Part shown: positions 58,067 through 64,000 of the stretch, piece after piece | Numbering within the stretch: the stretch's first letter is position 1 | Layout: each line of letters opens with the position of its first letter | Source of the DNA: a virus | DNA length: 64,000 bases | Strand: one strand, 5' to 3' | Virus record (IMG/VR): IMGVR_UViG_3300042691_053485 | Location: 120,535 to 184,534 of that record | Program-made: the position numbers and the translations under genes | Notes under the pieces: model-generated | Told to the model about the DNA's origin: nothing | Seen by the model: the letters and a program-made list of their open reading frames with translations, nothing else | The model's database searches: none

Positions 58067-58610
58067 ATTCTATAAAAAAATTGAAACTTCTTGGGAAGAG
58101 CTTCAAAAAAAGGCTAATTCAATCGTCACTGAAACTGAAAAGAGTGCAATTGTACTTGAAGAGGGTGACGTAGATGTGTTCCAATATTATGGTGATTATC
58201 GAGAAGCTGTAAAATTAGGACTAAAGACTTTTATCCTTCACGTGATAAATGAGTTCCCCTCAGCAGAGGAGGAAATTGTTGTTTCAAAGGGTGTATTCTA
58301 TGAGCGTTTTAATGAAATGCCATTTGAAATTGTAGCCCTTGGGACTAACATCCCTCAGAGGTTTGATACAAGAGAGCAATTACTGTCATTTTTTAGAGAG
58401 TCAAAAATTCCTTTATCTGCTGAAGATTTTGAGGAACTTGTATCAATCTATGAGGAGCATAATTCTGTAATCGCTGCACTCGAAATACACGAATATGAAA
58501 TTTACCAAATGAATGAATTTGGTGAGTTTGAAAGAAAGGATTTGAAAGATTACGATAATGATTTTGAAGACGACCTAGACGATTTCGACGAAGATTTTGA
58601 AACCAATTAA
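58038..58610 (+). CDS. acidic hypothetical protein
   Basis: 190 aa with a D/E-rich tail. Confidence 0.65.
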   Translation: MQNLIMILIKFYKKIETSWEELQKKANSIVTETEKSAIVLEEGDVDVFQYYGDYREAVKLGLKTFILHVINEFPSAEEEIVVSKGVFYERFNEMPFEIVALGTNIPQRFDTREQLLSFFRESKIPLSAEDFEELVSIYEEHNSVIAALEIHEYEIYQMNEFGEFERKDLKDYDNDFEDDLDDFDEDFETN

Positions 58611-58622
58611 ATAAAAAAAAGA

Positions 58623-59498
58623 ATGATTATATCAATCTCAGGAAAAATAAATTCAGGGAAAGACCTCGTTGGCAAAATTATACAAGGTCTTTTTTTAGAA
58701 GCTGAAAGCATGGATTTTAAACTCTCAAGCGTGAATTTAAATTCAAAGAGAGTTGAAAACTTTCCTTACCCAATGAAAAAGAAGTTTGCAGCTAAACTAA
58801 AGCAAATGGTTGCACTTATGATTGGATGTGATATGATTGATTTGGAAAACCGAGAGTTTAAAAACTCCTACCTCTCCCCGGAATGGTGGGTTTATAAGAA
58901 TGATGAAGGAGACATATTGCCGTATTTTCATGTCACTTCAACAGAAGCTTCAAAACTTCTTGAGGGGCATAACTATGTGCTGGTGAAAACAACTCCAAGG
59001 TTACTGATGAAAACTTTGGCTGAGGACTGTGTCCGCCGAAAAATTTCACCAAATGCTTGGATAATTTCCACTGTTTCCGACTATACAGATGAACAAGACT
59101 GGATTATCACGGATACACGTTATCCAAATGAAATTGCAGCAATCAAAAGTAAGTGTTCAAACCCGCTGTTTTTGAAGGTTGTGAGATTGAAAACATGCCG
59201 AGAATGGTATGAGGAAGACTTTAAAAATCTAGTGACTTTAACACAAAACAACTGGATAACACACTATTCTTGGGAAATCGAGAAAGTTCCAATGGAGATT
59301 TTCATTGAGCGTATAACCCTCTGTGAAGGTTTTGAACCTTCAAAAGAATATCATCTATTCTTAGAAGAAAGATTTTCCATTCCTGAGACAGCATTAGATT
59401 CCTTTGAAGAATTCGATGAAATCGTCTATAATGGAGCTTCGATTGATGATTTGATTGACAACATTAGAGCAATTTTAAAAGTAAGAAATCTTATATAG
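58623..59498 (+). CDS. deoxynucleoside monophosphate kinase (T4 gp1-like)
   Basis: ISISGKINSGKD, TPRLLMKTL, WIITDTRYPNE and NGASIDDL. Confidence 0.85.
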   Translation: MIISISGKINSGKDLVGKIIQGLFLEAESMDFKLSSVNLNSKRVENFPYPMKKKFAAKLKQMVALMIGCDMIDLENREFKNSYLSPEWWVYKNDEGDILPYFHVTSTEASKLLEGHNYVLVKTTPRLLMKTLAEDCVRRKISPNAWIISTVSDYTDEQDWIITDTRYPNEIAAIKSKCSNPLFLKVVRLKTCREWYEEDFKNLVTLTQNNWITHYSWEIEKVPMEIFIERITLCEGFEPSKEYHLFLEERFSIPETALDSFEEFDEIVYNGASIDDLIDNIRAILKVRNLI

Positions 59499-59499
59499 A

Positions 59500-60351
59500 A
59501 TGTGTCGGGAAGGGGGTGGAAAAAACAAGAATACAAAGCATAGTCTTGATAGCTTCATAAAACAAGGAAACGAACGTCACAACTTTGCTTACGATTATAG
59601 TCAAATCACAGAGTATATAAATAATAATACAAAAGTTCCAATAACCTGCCCAAAGCATGGTCTATTCTATCAAAGACCTAGAGACCACCTAGTTGGTAAT
59701 GGCTGTAGGGAGTGTGGAAGAGCGAGAACTATCGAATCGAAACGGGCGACACTCGACGAATTTATGCAACGAGGTAACGAACTTCATAATTATACTTATG
59801 GTTATAGTTACATCACTGAGTATAAAAACAATAAAACCAAAGTTCCAATAACCTGCCCAAAACATGGCATTTTTTATCAACGACCATGTGACCATTTATT
59901 TGGGCAAGGTTGCCCAGTATGTAGAAATTCAAAGGGTGAGTCCCAAATATGCAGCATATTGTCATCAATGGGAATTACATTTGAGCAACAAAAAAAACTT
60001 GAGGGTTGTGTCAACAAAAAATTGCTTCCATTCGACTTTTACATTGAATCACACAATTTACTTATCGAATATCATGGTAATCAACACTATGCCCCTAATG
60101 ATTTTTTCGGAGGTGAAGAAGAATATCTGTTGCGTATTAAAAATGACAGCATAAAGGAACAATTTGCTACTGATAATGGTTATCATCTATTAGTTATTCC
60201 ATATTGGGAAAACGATATAGAAGCAATTTTAAAACAAACGATATGCAAAAAAAATGAACTGTTAAACATTCAAAAATTTATTGAGCGATATAATAACGCT
60301 ATTGCTGTGCCACAAGTAATTTTGAATTGCCCTTGCAAATACAAACACTAA
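59500..60351 (+). CDS. free-standing homing-endonuclease-like protein (two DUF723-like zinc repeats plus PD-(D/E)xK domain)
   Basis: Two copies of TKVPITCPKHG.FYQRP.DHL.G.GC; LPFDFYI...LLIEYHGNQHY. Confidence 0.8.
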   Translation: MCREGGGKNKNTKHSLDSFIKQGNERHNFAYDYSQITEYINNNTKVPITCPKHGLFYQRPRDHLVGNGCRECGRARTIESKRATLDEFMQRGNELHNYTYGYSYITEYKNNKTKVPITCPKHGIFYQRPCDHLFGQGCPVCRNSKGESQICSILSSMGITFEQQKKLEGCVNKKLLPFDFYIESHNLLIEYHGNQHYAPNDFFGGEEEYLLRIKNDSIKEQFATDNGYHLLVIPYWENDIEAILKQTICKKNELLNIQKFIERYNNAIAVPQVILNCPCKYKH

Positions 60352-60517
60352 GCTATCGGAATTCAAACGCTATATGGACATAGCAAAAGAAAATGGTTAT
60401 ACAGTTTTTGTAATTGTGGTTGAAAAATACCATGAGGAACAAAATAGCCATGATGTTCCAATTGAAACTATTGACAGGATGGAAGTCAATTTAAAAAATT
60501 CCATCAAATTACGCTAG
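60326..60517 (+). pseudogene. C-terminal remnant of an AAA_33/N4BP2-like polynucleotide kinase
   Basis: Manual translation IALANTNTKLSEFKRYMDIAKENGYTVFVIVVEKYHEEQNSHDVPIETIDRMEVNLKNSIKLR*; preceded by an in-frame TGA and lacking the P-loop half. Confidence 0.7.
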
Positions 60518-60523
60518 GAACAA

Positions 60524-60532
60524 ATATTTATA
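60524..60532 (+). promoter_or_regulatory. putative late promoter motif ATATTTATA
   Basis: 16 nt upstream of ATG 60549. Confidence 0.5.
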
Positions 60533-60548
60533 AATAAACAAACAAAAC

Positions 60549-60995
60549 ATGAAAAATTTTATTGTATCTTTTATTCTGATGCTTATCGCATCTTTCGCAT
60601 TTGCAACTCCGGTTCAAGAAGAAAAAATGGTTGCAGTGGTTTTGTTGATGGATAACAATGATGACAAACAAGTTGTTGCCACAATCTATACTACATTGAT
60701 GACTGCTGAAAAAGTTGCCAAAACTTTGAACATTGAAGTTATTGCTTCGGATGAACCTGTTCAAGATGATGTTTTTGTTTTTGCCCTAAAATCGGAAGAA
60801 CAAAAAAACCTTACAATGAAAATGTTTGATGAAGAAGGTTATGAATTGGCTGCTCACCGCGAACTCGAAGTTACTGAAGGCAGCAACTATCGCAACCTGA
60901 ATGTTAAAACATTGGAAGACGGTACTTATATTCTTCAATTAACAGACGAAACGGGTGCGGAAATAAACAAAAAAATGACAATTAAACGTCAATAG
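60549..60995 (+). CDS. signal-peptide protein with T9SS type-A C-terminal-domain-like tail
   Basis: Signal MKNFIVSFILMLIASFAFA; tail LNVKTLEDGTYILQLTDETGAEINKKMTIK. Confidence 0.65.
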   Translation: MKNFIVSFILMLIASFAFATPVQEEKMVAVVLLMDNNDDKQVVATIYTTLMTAEKVAKTLNIEVIASDEPVQDDVFVFALKSEEQKNLTMKMFDEEGYELAAHRELEVTEGSNYRNLNVKTLEDGTYILQLTDETGAEINKKMTIKRQ

Positions 60996-61002
60996 AAATT
61001 TC

Positions 61003-61034
61003 AAAATCTCCTCGGAACTTCCGAGGAGATTTTT
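61003..61034. terminator. bidirectional intrinsic terminator
   Basis: AAAATCTCCTCGGA-act-TCCGAGGAGATTTT. Confidence 0.9.
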
Positions 61035-61069
61035 CTGTTTTCTTTTACAAACAAACAAACAAAAATAAA

Positions 61070-61552
61070 ATGAAGCAAATTATTATTATTTTATTGGCAT
61101 TACTTACCTTCTCATGCCAGACTGAACCCACAGCCCCTCTTGGGGTTATCGAAGTAGAAGGGAACGGAACTAGAGGTTTAAAGGCGGAAAGCCTTATCAA
61201 CATCAAGTTCTCAAACCAAGAAAGTGCAGAAGATGGGACAGCTGTCAAAAATATCAAATCCCAACTCTTTGCTGCCCAAAAAACGAAAATGCTGAAGGCA
61301 AACTTCAGTTGTTCAACAGCAGCTGTCACAGATGGAATGTTTGTTTTCTCTCTCGATTCTCCGGAGCATCAAACCTTTAAAATGGAAATCTTCGACGAGG
61401 AGGGATTCAAGCTCGGCGAGAATAATGTAGGAATTCATCAAGGAGATAACTACAAAGCCCTCAATGTACAGTCCCTATCAGAAGGCACTTACATCATGGT
61501 TCTTGCTGACTCAGAAGGCGGAGAGCTTCGCCACGAATTTGAAGTGAAATAA
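61070..61552 (+). CDS. lipoprotein paralog with T9SS CTD-like tail
   Basis: Lipobox LLTFSC; tail LNVQSLSEGTYIMVLADSEGGELRHEFEVK; shares FVF.L.S.E...M..FDEEG with ORF 60549. Confidence 0.65.
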   Translation: MKQIIIILLALLTFSCQTEPTAPLGVIEVEGNGTRGLKAESLINIKFSNQESAEDGTAVKNIKSQLFAAQKTKMLKANFSCSTAAVTDGMFVFSLDSPEHQTFKMEIFDEEGFKLGENNVGIHQGDNYKALNVQSLSEGTYIMVLADSEGGELRHEFEVK

Positions 61553-61557
61553 TTTAT

Positions 61558-61585
61558 AGCCGCTCAATTGAGCGGCTTTTTTTTT
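61558..61585 (+). terminator. intrinsic terminator
   Basis: AGCCGCTCAATTGAGCGGCT followed by a T run. Confidence 0.9.
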
Positions 61586-61603
61586 GAAAATACACCATTT
61601 TAA

Positions 61604-61611
61604 ATATTTAT
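61604..61611 (+). promoter_or_regulatory. putative late promoter motif ATATTTAT
   Basis: 6 nt upstream of ATG 61618. Confidence 0.55.
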
Positions 61612-61617
61612 GAGTAA

Positions 61618-62100
61618 ATGAATAATATTATCGCCTACGGAGCTATCGAGCAGGATTTCATAGGAGACCACAAATTCAACATCGATGAGTATCAATTCTT
61701 TTCTAGCAGGGAAGATGCAAAAGAAAGTGTTGAGGATTATATAGATGAAGAAATCTTCTATTTAATGGAAGTTGAAATAACAGGTAACTTATTTGATATT
61801 TATAACCCTACGCATCGTTCAATCCTTTTGAAGCATTTACCTTCAAAGGTAAGCTTAAAATCTCAAAAGATGCACAAAGAACTCTTTGTGATGTTTTTGA
61901 TGGGTCTTTGGAATAAAGATTATAGTTCATTGGATGATGAGGAAATGAAAACGACTGAAGACTTTTTTGATGATGTTGAATTTAAATTCACATTGAGGGA
62001 TTTAGGCTTTGACGGATTCATAGCAATGAAAGACAGCCTAGCAACATACACCGTGTTCAAGCCGGACACCAATGTTGAAATTTTAAGAATATTTTTATGA
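61618..62100 (+). CDS. hypothetical protein, weak ADP-ribosyltransferase (ART-PolyVal)-like signature
   Basis: YQFFSSREDAKES and GFDGFIA...YTVFKP. Confidence 0.4.
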   Translation: MNNIIAYGAIEQDFIGDHKFNIDEYQFFSSREDAKESVEDYIDEEIFYLMEVEITGNLFDIYNPTHRSILLKHLPSKVSLKSQKMHKELFVMFLMGLWNKDYSSLDDEEMKTTEDFFDDVEFKFTLRDLGFDGFIAMKDSLATYTVFKPDTNVEILRIFL

Positions 62101-62444
62101 GAAGGTTTATTACTAAGTTACTAAGAGAATCGAACTTTGATGAGTTTTTCGATGTTATTAACGATTCGGGATATAGTTCAAAAATAAAGGAGGTTTTATC
62201 ACTTTTGGATAACAAATATTCCTTTGAACTCGTTAATTCTCCAAAGGGGCAAACTGGATATAATGAAAAAGGTCAAAAGATAATCGAATTATCCGGAAGT
62301 CTAACCTTCATTAGTGAAAAAATCTACAATGACATCCAAAGAAACTATGGAATCCCCTTTGAAATTATCGATGACTTCATTAGATTTTGGCTGAAACTTC
62401 ATTGGGATATTGATGCCCAAACAATTTATTTCATATATAATTAA
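62097..62444 (+). CDS. hypothetical protein with LLRE leader
   Basis: MRRFITKLLRES. Confidence 0.6.
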   Translation: MRRFITKLLRESNFDEFFDVINDSGYSSKIKEVLSLLDNKYSFELVNSPKGQTGYNEKGQKIIELSGSLTFISEKIYNDIQRNYGIPFEIIDDFIRFWLKLHWDIDAQTIYFIYN

Positions 62445-62461
62445 TAACACATCTGCAAAAT

Positions 62462-63337
62462 ATGAAATCTCAGATATTAAAAGTGATTATGACTGAATCA
62501 CAATTTAAAAAAACTGTAAACACAATTTCAGAAAACGATGAAGAGGAGTTTGATGCTGAAGAAAAAATAATAATGCTTATTCGTTCAGGTGATATTAGTA
62601 ATATCAAATTAGCTCAAAATTTTTGTGAGATGTACAATTTAGATTTTGACGATTTACTTGCTCACGAATTTCAATTGTCATATTGGAGAGATTATGTAAA
62701 TTTCGGAAAAGATTTAAGTAATTTAGAAGTAGTGGAAGAACTTTTAAAAAGAAAACATATTACAGTCAATTGGCCAAATTATGATTCAATTCCATCAAGT
62801 ATTGGATATTTTAAAAACTTAACCTATGCTGTTTTCAATACAAAATATATGGAGGATTCAGACATACCGATTGAATTTGAAAATTTACGCAAATTAGAAC
62901 ACCTAGACATAAGCAAAAATAACTTTCTAACAATCGCAACACCAATAACAAAGTTATATACTCTTGAAAAATTGATTGCGATTGACAGTCAAATAGAATT
63001 TATTCCGGAAAGCATAGCAAATCTTCACCCATTAGTAGAATTGAATCTATCAAGAAATAAAATCTCATCACTGCCAAGAGGAATTGGGAGTCTGCAAAAT
63101 TTAAATGAACTTTCACTTGGTCGAAATCAGATAAGTGAACTTCCTGAAACCTTATCAAATTTAAAAAACCTAAGAGTTTTAATGCTTCATGAAAATGCTA
63201 TAAAAGAGTGTTCACATATAATTGAGAGTCTAACTTCTCTCAAAGTGCTCAGTGTCAAGAATAATCCATTGAGACCATCTGAAGTAAAACGGCTAAAAGA
63301 ATTATCCGAATCACTAGGATTTGCATTAGATATTTAA
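62462..63337 (+). CDS. leucine-rich-repeat protein with MTE/ISE leader
   Basis: About seven 23-aa LRRs, e.g. LPRGIGSLQNLNELSLGRNQISE. Confidence 0.9.
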   Translation: MKSQILKVIMTESQFKKTVNTISENDEEEFDAEEKIIMLIRSGDISNIKLAQNFCEMYNLDFDDLLAHEFQLSYWRDYVNFGKDLSNLEVVEELLKRKHITVNWPNYDSIPSSIGYFKNLTYAVFNTKYMEDSDIPIEFENLRKLEHLDISKNNFLTIATPITKLYTLEKLIAIDSQIEFIPESIANLHPLVELNLSRNKISSLPRGIGSLQNLNELSLGRNQISELPETLSNLKNLRVLMLHENAIKECSHIIESLTSLKVLSVKNNPLRPSEVKRLKELSESLGFALDI

Positions 63338-63393
63338 AAATAAAAGCTAGATGAAAAATCTACATATAAATAAAATAAACTTTTAAACACAAA

Positions 63394-64000
63394 ATGGACA
63401 TAAGCAAAATAAATAAAATAATGAAGAAGCGTTTGAATGAGGGCTTCTTTGGGAACATACAAGAGGAGGAGGAGTTTGATATAAAGTCAAAGCTCACAAG
63501 CCTTCTAAAATCCGGAACACCGGATAACATTGAACTTGCCATCATGGTAGCACAGGGTCAAGAGTTTGACATTGATTCTCTGATTGAGGAGATTTTTGAT
63601 TTGAAATTTTGGATGAAAAATCTTGATGGCATTTCAAAAACAAGCAAGGTGGAAGCCCTCAGATTCTTGCGTTCAACAACAAGGGTTAACCTTTCCGGAA
63701 AACTATTGTCAGGACTACCTGAATCTATCGGCAACTTGCATAGTTTGCAATGGTTGGATTTGTTTGACAACAATCTGAGCAGCCTGCCTGAATCCTTCGG
63801 CAACTTGCAAAATTTGGAAGAGTTGAATTTGTCAACTAATAATCTGAGTAACCTACCAGAATCAATCTGTAACTTACATCATTTGAAAAAATTGGATTTG
63901 AGTGGCAACAACCTGAGCAGTCTTCCGGAATCATTCGGCAACTTGCAGAAATTGGAAGAGTTGACGTTGGGTTACAATAGCCTAAGCCACCTTCCGGAAT
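63394..64000 (+). CDS. second LRR protein (paralog), runs off the window
   Basis: Not in the ORF track. Manual translation MDISKINKIMKKRLNEGFF...EEEEFDIKSKLTSLLKSGTPDNIELA...LPESIGNLHSLQWLDLFDNNLSS. Confidence 0.9.
   Translation, partial: MDISKINKIMKKRLNEGFFGNIQEEEEFDIKSKLTSLLKSGTPDNIELAIMVAQGQEFDIDSLIEEIFDLKFWMKNLDGISKTSKVEALRFLRSTTRVNLSGKLLSGLPESIGNLHSLQWLDLFDNNLSSLPESFGNLQNLEELNLSTNNLSNLPESICNLHHLKKLDLSGNNLSSLPESFGNLQKLEELTLGYNSLSHLPE
63715..64000 (+). repeat. 69-bp tandem repeats encoding LRRs
   Basis: Units start at 63715, 63784, 63853, 63922 and 63991. Confidence 0.85.

Noticed and set aside
59499-60325. Group I intron carrying the homing endonuclease
   Set aside because: No upstream kinase exon (the preceding dNMP kinase is complete), and no recognisable P7 core motifs were found by eye.
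4203-63803. Numerous 60-150 aa ORFs nested in or antisense to long genes (e.g. 4203, 9086, 32827, 34263, 38481, 43483, 54306, 63558)
   Set aside because: They are shadow frames of AT-rich coding sequence with no motifs or independent signals.

Overview
This window is a 64-kb AT-rich segment of a large contractile-tailed (myovirus-like, probably jumbo) phage genome read in the standard genetic code. The host is probably in Bacteroidota, inferred from T9SS C-terminal-domain-like proteins, SprB-like repeats and a BT4734-type primase domain. It contains: (i) a baseplate/tail structural block (2.1 kb and 9-26 kb); (ii) replication, recombination and transcription genes (primase-SF2 helicase fusion, RuvC-like resolvase, DnaG-like primase, SbcD/SbcC, an unusual sigma factor); (iii) three tRNAs: Pro-TGG, an atypical Leu-TAG and Ser-TGA; (iv) DNA methyltransferases, four peptidoglycan-hydrolase-like genes and an Acb1-like 2H phosphoesterase; (v) an RNA-repair/surveillance set of Hen1, a ligase-only Pnkp, YkuK RNase H-like, ASCH and TROVE/vWA (Ro60-like) genes. 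The TROVE gene is followed by three covarying CAGCAA-bulge hairpins flanking tRNA-Ser. (vi) An IS607-like TnpB element sits at 49.5-50.9 kb, and a second, protein-less copy of its omegaRNA scaffold with compensatory base changes lies 42 kb away inside the tRNA cluster. (vii) A dispersed set of probable head-packaged proteins shares an I/L-x-E leader, often with an ATATTTAT upstream motif, and includes two LRR proteins. All family assignments come from motifs recognised by eye; no database searches were run.
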